In this document: positions 38,890-47,900 of the stretch, piece after piece
Layout of the letters: every line of letters begins with the position of its first letter
Position numbering within the stretch: position 1 is the first letter of the stretch
DNA from: a virus
Virus record (IMG/VR): IMGVR_UViG_3300023174_000120
Span: 22,663 to 86,662 of that record
Length of the DNA: 64,000 nucleotides
Reading direction: 5' to 3' (one strand)
The notes under the pieces: model-generated
Databases searched by the model: none
Told to the model about the DNA's origin: nothing
The model's input: only the letters and a program-made list of their open reading frames with translations
Program-made: the position numbers and the translations under genes

Positions 38890-39059
38890 CTACCAGTATA
38901 AATTTTTGTTGAATTTTTAACAAAAACTTGTCAAACCAGAGGTAAAACTCTGTCATAAAAGGTCAAAACGATTCGTTTTAGGCCTATTTCGTGTAGCATA
39001 TTTGTAATGGTCTTAAATATAGAATAGCCTTGCCGCTAACCTATAGGAGAATTTTTAAT

Positions 39060-40055
39060 ATGTCTACGAAATTTGAACAATTATTAGACTATCTAGTAAA
39101 TGAAGAAATGGATAAGGCCAATGAGCTTTTCCATGAGATCGTTGTAGAGAAGTCAAGAACAATTTATGAAAACCTCATTGCTGAAGAAGATGATGAGATG
39201 GATGAGTCTATGAACGACGAAGAAATGGACGAGTCTGCTGAAGAAGAAATGGACGAGTCTGCTGAAGAAGAAATGGACGAAGGTTCCGAGGAACTAGAAG
39301 ACAGTTTTGTAATGGACGCCGACGATGACATGGGCGGTGAAGAAGGTGATGCTACTGATGATTTTGGTAGTGACATCGAAGCCGATATGGATCACGAAGA
39401 AGGTGGCGAAGATCAGGCCATGTTTGACATCAAGAACGCCATTGAAGAACTAGAAGCAGCCTTTGCTGAACTAGAAGCAGCCCAGGGCGGTGAAATGGGC
39501 GATGAGTTCGGTGATGAAGAAGGTGACGAAGAGTTTGGCGATGAAGAAGACGACGAAGAGCTCGAAATGGGCATGTTCGAAGGACGTCGCTTACGTGAAT
39601 ATCGTGAAGCCGTTAGTGATGGACACGGTGCCGAAAAGAAAGGTGCTGCCGAAGGCGGTATCGTAGGTGCTAACACAGGCGAGAAAATGCCCAGTGGTAC
39701 TAATACCAAGAGCATTGTAAGCAGTGGTAAAGGCAAGCCCACAACTGGTGCTGATGCTAAAAACATTCTAGGCAAGAGTGCTACTGCTGCCGAAGATGGT
39801 ACATCACCACATGGTAAAGTTGGCGGTTTAGTTAAGAGTGGTGGCCAGTTTACTAAAGGTGTTGAAAAGAACATCGCTAGCAGCTCTAAGGCCAGCATGA
39901 AAGACGGTGCTGCTCTAAACAAGCAGGGTTCCGGATATCCTAGCAACAACAAGACCCCAGGTCCAGTTGGTAGTGGTACAGGCGACAAGGCTGGTCAGAC
40001 CAGTGTTGGACAGGTTAAGAGCCCACTAAACGGCGCTCCTAATCGTAACGCCTAA
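39060..40055 (+). CDS. Acidic prohead core/internal scaffold protein (start revised to 39060)
   Basis: GGAGA SD before ATG 39060; very D/E-rich N-terminal half; lies between portal and protease. Confidence 0.7.
   Translation: MSTKFEQLLDYLVNEEMDKANELFHEIVVEKSRTIYENLIAEEDDEMDESMNDEEMDESAEEEMDESAEEEMDEGSEELEDSFVMDADDDMGGEEGDATDDFGSDIEADMDHEEGGEDQAMFDIKNAIEELEAAFAELEAAQGGEMGDEFGDEEGDEEFGDEEDDEELEMGMFEGRRLREYREAVSDGHGAEKKGAAEGGIVGANTGEKMPSGTNTKSIVSSGKGKPTTGADAKNILGKSATAAEDGTSPHGKVGGLVKSGGQFTKGVEKNIASSSKASMKDGAALNKQGSGYPSNNKTPGPVGSGTGDKAGQTSVGQVKSPLNGAPNRNA
39219..39280 (+). repeat. 24-bp tandem repeat (~2.6 copies) encoding EEMDESAE
   Basis: gaagaaatggacgagtctgctgaa twice, plus a partial third copy. 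Confidence 0.9.
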
Positions 40056-40066
40056 TAGAGAAACAG

Positions 40067-40696
40067 ATGAAGTTGGCATATCTACGCGAGCATCTAAGTT
40101 TTGACCAGAGCGGTATTGTTCTGGAAAGCGATGACAAGGATGGTAAGAATCTTTATTTAAAAGGTATTACCATCCAAGGTGGTATTCGCAATGCCAACCA
40201 ACGTGTTTATCCAGTGGATGAAATTGAACGTGCTGTAAAAACACTGAATGATCAAATTCAAAATGGTTATTCAGTGTTAGGCGAAGTTGATCATCCCGAT
40301 GATTTAAAAGTAAATTTGGACCGTGTGTCTCATATGATTACTCATATGTGGATGGAAGGTCCTAATGGATATGGAAAGATGAAAATCCTTCCTACGCCGA
40401 TGGGTAATTTAATTCGTACTATGCTTGAAAGCGGTGTAAAACTTGGCGTAAGTTCTCGTGGTAGCGGCAATGTCAACGACATGAACGGCCATGTATCCGA
40501 TTTTGAGATTATCACAGTAGATGTGGTTGCCCAACCCAGTGCCCCTGGTGCTTATCCTACTCCTGTTTACGAGCATCTAATGAATGCTCGTGGAGGAAAC
40601 AAAGCATTTAAGGTTGCACAAGAAACGAAAGAAGATCCAAAGGCCCAGAAATATTTGAAGGAAAGTCTCCTTCAAATTATTAAAGGTCTAAAATAA
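40067..40696 (+). CDS. gp21: Prohead core protease
   Basis: NANQRVYP, GEVDHP, VSH, GVSSRGSG, DVVAQPSAP motifs. Confidence 0.95.
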   Translation: MKLAYLREHLSFDQSGIVLESDDKDGKNLYLKGITIQGGIRNANQRVYPVDEIERAVKTLNDQIQNGYSVLGEVDHPDDLKVNLDRVSHMITHMWMEGPNGYGKMKILPTPMGNLIRTMLESGVKLGVSSRGSGNVNDMNGHVSDFEIITVDVVAQPSAPGAYPTPVYEHLMNARGGNKAFKVAQETKEDPKAQKYLKESLLQIIKGLK

Positions 40697-40714
40697 GCCC
40701 GAGGAGAAAAGCAA

Positions 40715-41797
40715 ATGGACGCATTCAAGCAATTGGTCGAAAGTGGGTTAATTAATGAAGATGTAAGATCTGAGTTAGAAACCGCCTTCGCCCAAAAATT
40801 ACAAGAGAATCGCGACCAAGTCACCGCTGAACTTCGTGAAGAATTCGCACAAAAATACAGCCACGATAAGTCTGTTATGGTTGAGGCGATCGACAAGATG
40901 TTAAGCGATAGATTGGCCGTAGAGATGTCCGAGTTGCACGAAGATAGAACAGGTCTAGCAGAAGCTAAACAGGCATACAAACGAAAGATGACTGAAGATA
41001 GCCGTAAGCTAGAAGGTTTTGTAATCAACCAGCTTGGTAAAGAACTAGTAGAGTTCCAAAACGATCGTAAGAAAGTTAGCGAGAACTTTTCTAAATTAGA
41101 GCAATTCGTAGTACATGCTCTAGCCAGAGAAATCAAAGAGTTTGCCATTGACAAACGTGACCTAGCTGAAACCAAAGTCAAGCTAGTACGTGAGGCCAAA
41201 GACAAATTTGAGACTATCAAACAAAGTTTCATTAAACGATCTGCCAAGGTCGTTGAAGCCACAGTTACACGTAAGTTAACATCTGAAATCAAGCAATTGA
41301 AAGAAGATATTGACAGCAGCCGTAACAACAGCTTCGGTCGTAAGATCTATGAAGCATTTGCTCAGGAGTTCGCAGGATCATACTTAAATGAAAAATCTGA
41401 AACAGCAAAACTGTTAAAGATCATTCAAAAGAAAGATGCCGAACTTGCTGAAACCCAACAAGCCCTAGAAGAAAAGGCTACCATTGTGGAATCCAAGGAA
41501 CGCGAGATCCGTGTTACTAAAGACCTAATGGAACGCAAACAGGTCATGGGCGAGTTATTAGCACCTCTAAGTGCTGACAAAAGAGCGCTGATGCAACAAC
41601 TTCTTGAGTCTGTTCAGACCAAGAAACTTGCTGATGCATATGACAAGTACCTACCCACAGTTATGGATGGCGAGAAGAGAAAAGTAGTTAAGGCTACCCT
41701 AACAGAAAGCACAGAAGTTACTGGTGATCGTGAAGTGAAGCCTGAGGTAGGCTTAGACAATATCTTAGATATCCGCAAGTTGGCGGGTCTAAAATAA
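40715..41797 (+). CDS. gp22: Prohead scaffolding protein
   Basis: Coiled-coil E/K-rich protein between protease and major capsid; ends IRKLAGLK. Confidence 0.85.
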   Translation: MDAFKQLVESGLINEDVRSELETAFAQKLQENRDQVTAELREEFAQKYSHDKSVMVEAIDKMLSDRLAVEMSELHEDRTGLAEAKQAYKRKMTEDSRKLEGFVINQLGKELVEFQNDRKKVSENFSKLEQFVVHALAREIKEFAIDKRDLAETKVKLVREAKDKFETIKQSFIKRSAKVVEATVTRKLTSEIKQLKEDIDSSRNNSFGRKIYEAFAQEFAGSYLNEKSETAKLLKIIQKKDAELAETQQALEEKATIVESKEREIRVTKDLMERKQVMGELLAPLSADKRALMQQLLESVQTKKLADAYDKYLPTVMDGEKRKVVKATLTESTEVTGDREVKPEVGLDNILDIRKLAGLK

Positions 41798-41818
41798 TAT
41801 TCAAGGAGACAAAGAAAA

Positions 41819-43000
41819 ATGTCAAAACTTTTAAATGAAAGATGGTCAGAGACCAAAGAAGCTCTGCTTGAAGGCCTACAAGGAAACCGTCGTGCTAGTA
41901 TGGGCATCTGCTTAGAAAACACACGTCGCCATTTGGCTGAGAGCGCAACCGCTGGCGCAACCAGTGCTGGTAACATTGCTACACTAAACCGTGTAATTCT
42001 ACCAGTTATCCGTCGAGTTATGCCTACTGTTATTGCTAACGAAATCGTTGGTGTACAGCCTATGACTGGACCTGTTGCTCAGATCCACACACTACGTGTT
42101 CGCTATGCTGACAGTACTGATGAAGTTACTGCTGGCGCAGAGGCACTAAGCCCATTCAACATTGCTCGTGCTTATTCCGGTAACGGCAGCACAAGCAATC
42201 CAAAGGCTAGTTCCACCGCTGCTCTAGAAGGTCAACCTGGTAAGCGTATGAGCATCCAGATCCTCAAGACTCCAGTCGAAGCAAAGAGCCGCAAGCTATC
42301 TGCTCGTTGGACATTTGAGGCCGCTCAGGATGCACAAGCCCAACAGGGTATCGATATCGAAGCTGAAATCATGGCTGCTCTAGCCCAGGAAATCACAGCT
42401 GAGATCGATCAAGAGATCCTAGCTAGCCTACGTGGTTTAGCAACTGTTGAACAGACTTATGACCAGTCATTAGTTTCTGGTACAGCAACATTCGTTGGTG
42501 ACGAGCACGCCGCTCTAGCTATCCAGATCAACCGTGTCAGCAACTTGATTGCTCAGCGTACACGTCGTGGTGCTGGTAACTGGGCCGTTGTTTCTAACCA
42601 GGCTCTAACAATCCTACAAAGTGCTACTACAAGTGCTTTCGCTCGTACCACTGAAGGTACATTCGAAGCACCTACAAACACCAAGTTTGTTGGTACACTA
42701 AACGGCGCCATGAAAGTTTATGTTGATGCTTATCTAGCTGATACAAGCGATCGTGACGAAGACCAAGTTCTTATTGGTTACAAAGGCACAAGCGAGGCAG
42801 ATGCTGCCGCGTTCTACTGCCCTTACATTCCGCTAATGAGTTCTGGAGTCGTTCTTGACCCAGCTACCTTCGAACCAGTCGTTGGTTTCTTAACTCGCTA
42901 CGGGTACGTCGAGTTGACAAATACTGCTAGTTCGCTAGGTAACGCTGCTGACTATCTAGGAAAAGTAGCTATTACTTCTTCCAACGTCAGCTTCCGTTAA
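41819..43000 (+). CDS. gp23: Major capsid protein
   Basis: GVQPMTGP, KSRKL.ARWT.EAAQD, EITAEIDQEI, FYCPYIPL, FEPVVGFLTRYG; probable maturation site LAE/S. Confidence 0.97.
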   Translation: MSKLLNERWSETKEALLEGLQGNRRASMGICLENTRRHLAESATAGATSAGNIATLNRVILPVIRRVMPTVIANEIVGVQPMTGPVAQIHTLRVRYADSTDEVTAGAEALSPFNIARAYSGNGSTSNPKASSTAALEGQPGKRMSIQILKTPVEAKSRKLSARWTFEAAQDAQAQQGIDIEAEIMAALAQEITAEIDQEILASLRGLATVEQTYDQSLVSGTATFVGDEHAALAIQINRVSNLIAQRTRRGAGNWAVVSNQALTILQSATTSAFARTTEGTFEAPTNTKFVGTLNGAMKVYVDAYLADTSDRDEDQVLIGYKGTSEADAAAFYCPYIPLMSSGVVLDPATFEPVVGFLTRYGYVELTNTASSLGNAADYLGKVAITSSNVSFR

Positions 43001-43026
43001 TTCATTATATTGAATTTAGCAAGTAC

Positions 43027-43052
43027 AAAAAACCCGCTTCGGCGGGTTTTTT
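43027..43052 (+). terminator. Intrinsic terminator after the major capsid gene
   Basis: aaaaaa-cccgc-TTCG-gcggg-tttttt (C-UUCG-G loop). Confidence 0.93.
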
Positions 43053-43054
43053 GT

Positions 43055-43124
43055 TAAATAATACTGTTCGCTCGAGAGAGAGTTTATGCGGAAACCCAAC
43101 CGCGTAGGCAATAGAACTGTCTAT
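43055..43124 (+). promoter_or_regulatory. Late promoter TAAATA followed by a structured 5' leader
   Basis: TAAATA at 43055-60; GTTC/GAAC closing stem, ctc-GAGA-gag hairpin and a 10-bp stem (43082-91 with 43100-09). Confidence 0.6.
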
Positions 43125-43143
43125 AACAACAAGGAGAAATAAA

Positions 43144-44340
43144 ATGGGACGTCCAATTAAAAAGAAATTCTTTGCGAATTTAAACGCACCTTACCAAGAT
43201 CATGCCACAGGTGGCCCAACTGGTGAAGGTGGAGAAGGTGTTGCTAGTGTAACAATCACTACAACTGGAACATATGTTGGCACATTGCCTACAGTATCTT
43301 TTGGTACACCTGATCTAGCATTAGGAACAACAGCGACTGGTGTTGTTCACGGTATGGCCTTAACTGCTACTGTAAATACCACAGGTACAGGTTATGCTTA
43401 TGCTAATACGCTAGCAGTTGGTGGAGGAACCAATGTTACTTCGGCAACTTTTACTGTTAGTGCTCTTAGAACAGTTTCCATCAATAGCACCCCACAAAAT
43501 GGCGGAAGCAACAACGACACAGGAGATCGCTTTTCCTTCAGCGGCTCATACGGTGGCGGCTCGTGGACAACACCACTAGAAGTTGTAGTTACCGCAGCAG
43601 CAGGTGGTGTAGCGTCAGGAGTAGCGATTTATAGTCCAGGTGTTTGGTCTGGAACCGCAGCCCCGGCCAATACTATCGGTGCTACACGCACACAAACCTA
43701 CGGTGCTATTGATATGAACGGAACCAATCTTCAAGTAACACTAACCGATTGGGGTGTTGCTGCTGTTACAGTAGCCAACGGTGGAGATTATACAGCAGTT
43801 CCTAGTAATCCTGTATCCACTAGTGGTAGTGGAAATGGAAATGCTAAGTTAAATGTCACCTACGGTGTTAAGAGTGTTGCGATTACCAATGCAGGAAGTC
43901 ATTACTTTAATGTAGCCGATGCTAGTGTTACATTTAGTGGTGGAGCAGCAGCCGGTACTTCTGTGTTAACTAACTTGTATCAGCCGGGCCTAGCAGTTTA
44001 TGTTCATCTTCTTGATGGCACAGAAGGCGCACTGGCCGACATTATGAAGCAAGAAGCAAGCCGTCGCTACTTGGTCAAAACCAGAACAGAGAATGGTAAA
44101 GTTGGTCAATGCCGTCTAGTTGCTAGAAATCCCGGCGACCTATATGTTGGTGAAATGAGTCTGATCGCTACTGATACAGAAGGTTGTACCTACTTTGTTA
44201 CAAAACTAACAGCACATAGAGCTTATCTAGTTCAGAGATCCAGTGCTGGTGCTGGATACAGATTTGCCGATGGTTCGTCCGCTGGTTGGTCTATTAGCAG
44301 TGCTAGTGCAGGTATTGTTTCTCTAGCACATACTGCTTAA
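43144..44340 (+). CDS. Virion structural protein (possible head decoration/fibre)
   Basis: G/T/A/V-rich beta-type sequence directly after gp23, with its own promoter, strong SD and terminator. Confidence 0.6.
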   Translation: MGRPIKKKFFANLNAPYQDHATGGPTGEGGEGVASVTITTTGTYVGTLPTVSFGTPDLALGTTATGVVHGMALTATVNTTGTGYAYANTLAVGGGTNVTSATFTVSALRTVSINSTPQNGGSNNDTGDRFSFSGSYGGGSWTTPLEVVVTAAAGGVASGVAIYSPGVWSGTAAPANTIGATRTQTYGAIDMNGTNLQVTLTDWGVAAVTVANGGDYTAVPSNPVSTSGSGNGNAKLNVTYGVKSVAITNAGSHYFNVADASVTFSGGAAAGTSVLTNLYQPGLAVYVHLLDGTEGALADIMKQEASRRYLVKTRTENGKVGQCRLVARNPGDLYVGEMSLIATDTEGCTYFVTKLTAHRAYLVQRSSAGAGYRFADGSSAGWSISSASAGIVSLAHTA

Positions 44341-44360
44341 AAACAGTAGAAATGCTGTAA

Positions 44361-44386
44361 GAAAAGGGCCCTTTGCGGCCCTTTTC
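44361..44386 (+). terminator. Intrinsic terminator
   Basis: gaaaagggcc-ctttgc-ggcccttttc. Confidence 0.8.
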
Positions 44387-44413
44387 CATTTATAACATAA
44401 CATAAATACTGGT

Positions 44414-44941
44414 ATGACCACTGCCTGGACCCTACCTACTACTGTTATACAATATGTCGAACCCGGCGGAGAAGCGACGCATATTCCTTGGAAAGAAATA
44501 GACAGTTTTAGCGCATTAAAAACACTGGATGCTAGAAGTATTCAGACACAGGGCGCACTACAACATATTGCTCGTAGTCCTAAACACGACATTACTAATA
44601 AAACCTATTATATTCGTGCTACTGGATTTCAATTTACCAATTTACCAGAGACTATATCTGGGATAGAAGCAAGACTTACTACACAACGATACGGCAGAGC
44701 CACCGATGATACTGTGGAACTGTGCCTTGATGGTGAGAGTATTGGGGAGAATCGTGCTACATTACCCATCGCTCCAATTAAAATATATGGAAGTTCTACG
44801 GATATGTGGAAAGCTGACACGTTGACTATTGACGATATTAAGAATTTAACGTTTGGTATAATCTTTAGGTTTCGTGCTCATCCACATTGGCCTCATCGCG
44901 ATCCTGTAATGGTGGATGCCGTGGAACTGCGAATTCATTAA
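44414..44941 (+). CDS. Hypothetical (probably structural) protein
   Basis: 175-aa ORF, TAAATA 5 nt before the ATG. Confidence 0.65.
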   Translation: MTTAWTLPTTVIQYVEPGGEATHIPWKEIDSFSALKTLDARSIQTQGALQHIARSPKHDITNKTYYIRATGFQFTNLPETISGIEARLTTQRYGRATDDTVELCLDGESIGENRATLPIAPIKIYGSSTDMWKADTLTIDDIKNLTFGIIFRFRAHPHWPHRDPVMVDAVELRIH

Positions 44942-44971
44942 ACTAATAAATACTCTAAAGGAAAAAGATAG

Positions 44972-47900
44972 ATGGCCCGCACTACTGGTTCTAAAAATGT
45001 AAAATCTACTGGCGATCAAACCATTAGCTCTCCTGCCGGTAATATTGTTTTAACACCGTCAACTGGTGGGCAGGTCACTGTATCTCAAGGTAATGTTGAG
45101 GTTGTATCGGGTAACATAACAATTGATTCCGGTAATGTTGTTGTTACCGGGGGTAGAGTTATTGTTGGAACTACAGGTGGAACCAATCCGGCCGATCACA
45201 ACGTAGGAAATATTCTTAATCCTACGGGTGCCGATCCGGCAACAATTGATCAAACAATTTATAGTACAACAGCAGAACGTCAGTTAGGTGGAGCATATTT
45301 TACCGGCGGTGTTGGTATAGAAAAAGATTTATCTGTAGGTGGTTTTATCTATGGTAGAATTAGTACAGCACTGACAGCAACAACATCTACACAATTACTA
45401 ATTCAGGCAACCAATGATGATAATCCTTATTACCTAGCATTTACTCCTGGAACCGGAAATGCTTCATTATTCATCGATAATACCAGTGATGCATCGCTTG
45501 ATAATCCTCCGGGACTAACTTACAATCCTTTACGAGGAATATTATCAACTGACAAATTAGAAGTTGTATCTACAGTAACAACCGTAGATCTTGATAATGC
45601 AGCAATGATAATAAAAGGTGGCGCTGCAATTTCTGAGAATATTGTCCTCGGTGGTGAAGTTTATTCTATTAATAACTTTACAGGTTCTTATTTAGAAACC
45701 ATTTATTCCAAATATTTAGATTCCGATTCAAAGACCAGTACATTAGCATTAGGTGCTGGACAAGTAGATGTATTTGGTGATTTAAGAGTTAGGGGAACTA
45801 ATCCAATTGGAACTGCTCCGGTAGTAACTAATATTCTGTATGTTACTATGGACGGTGATGATACAAATGATGGTCGTGCTATGGATGCCGGTCGTGCTTG
45901 CCGTACTATCGGTGGGGCATTAAACAGTCCTTATTATCAATCTGGAACACAAATTCGTGTAGCCCCTGGACATTATTTAGAAGATAATCCACTACAACTA
46001 AAACCTTATACCAGTATTGTAGGGTCAGATTTAAGAACTTGTAGTGTCGAACCTATCAACAAAACACAAGACCTATTCCATATGAACTCCGGGTGTTATC
46101 TAGCATTTATGCAGTTCTTAAACGGTCGTAGCGGTTTGTTAGAAGGTGATTACGCTCCAGGATTCAATAGAGGGGCATATGCTACGGCATTCCCTCCGTT
46201 GGAAGGCAATGATCGTATTAATCTATTCCACAGTCCTTATATTCAAAACTGTACAAATCAAAGCGGACCGTGGTTACGAGATGGCACAATGTTTGTCCCT
46301 AATCAGACTGTACAGATACCCGCTGCTGTAGGAACCGGAACTTGGATTTCTAATACAACAACATTAGTAGTTAATGTAAGTTCGGGAACAATAGCAGTAG
46401 GAATGAGTGTAAATGCTGGACAACAAAATCCAGGATTCTTTAATGCTAGAACATTGCTATTGGCAAACAAACCTTTCCTACAGCAGCAGGTGGTTGCTCG
46501 TGTCGATGATCTATTCCCTGGATTTGAATATAATCGAGAAAAATGCTATAGAGATGTTGGCATTTTAGTAGAAAATACAGCATATGATGCTGCATTTGGT
46601 GGCAATGAAAAATCAGTAGAAAGCGGATTAGCCTATTACGACGGAGTGGTTAGTGTAATTGCCGGGCAAGAAACACAAACCATAGCAGCAATTGAATATC
46701 TACGAGATCGTAGTTTAGAAATTGTTACCAATACTACTTGTACTAACACCTATACCGGTTATACAGCACAACAGGTTATCAATTGGGTTCTAACTGATGG
46801 TGATATATCTACAGCATCTATTGCTACTTTATATGGAATAGTAACAGCAACTATAACCGATCCAGTTAATTCACCGGATGTTTATAAAAGCACGGGTCCT
46901 GACGCAGCATTTGTTAGCGCAGAGATACTGATGCAGGCCAACAGAGCATTTATTCAAGAAAATACCATCGAGTGGATTACTGCCAACTATCCAGGATTTA
47001 CCTATAATACAGATAAATGTTACAGAGATATTGGATTAATCATTGATGCGGTTAGTCAAGATATTCTACTAGGCGGTAATCAAAAAAGTCTCGAAGCCGG
47101 ATTAAGCTATTGGAATCGCGGTTATAACTATGTTTCTCATCAACTAACCACAACTACTAATGCTATAAATTATGCTAGAGATCGCAGCCTAGAGGTTATT
47201 GCTAACACTGTTTGTACAAATACGTTTACAGGCGTAACTAGCAATCAAGTTATAAACACTTTCTTCCAATATGGCGGGGATTATATGCCCCAGGAAGCAG
47301 TCAAACGTAATTTTAATATTATTACTGATATTATAAACAATGGAGTTAGTGCTGCTCCTCCGGTGTATGCCGGTGGTGGTTTATTTGCTTTAACTGGTAT
47401 AAATGGATCAGATGTTAAAATATCTCCAACTGTAATATCTGTTACCAATACCAATCAAGTTTATACTGTTGGTCTTAGTACTGCTACAATAGGTTTTGGA
47501 AATAATGCCACTCTTTATTTCGGCGATACATATGTATTTCCTAAACAAGACTTCGAAGTTGAAGAATTGAGTTTAGCATACACAGGAAATTCAAATACTT
47601 GGAATCAAAGAAAAGTTGATCCTATAGGGGCCATGGGTGGAAGTTTAGTGGATGGTGCTGTTATCAGCGACATCAGTCCTATTCAATCATTTGTTTATGA
47701 TGCCTATACGCAGGTTAACCAAGGTGGAAAAGGTATTCACATTACTAATAATGGTTATGCCCAGTTAGTTTCGGTGTTTACAATTTTCTGTTCTACTGCT
47801 GTACTAGTGGAAAATGGTGGTATAGCGTCTATTACAAACAGTAACAGCAACTTCGGAGATCAATGTTTAGTTGCCAAAGGATATGGACCGAGGGCTTTTA

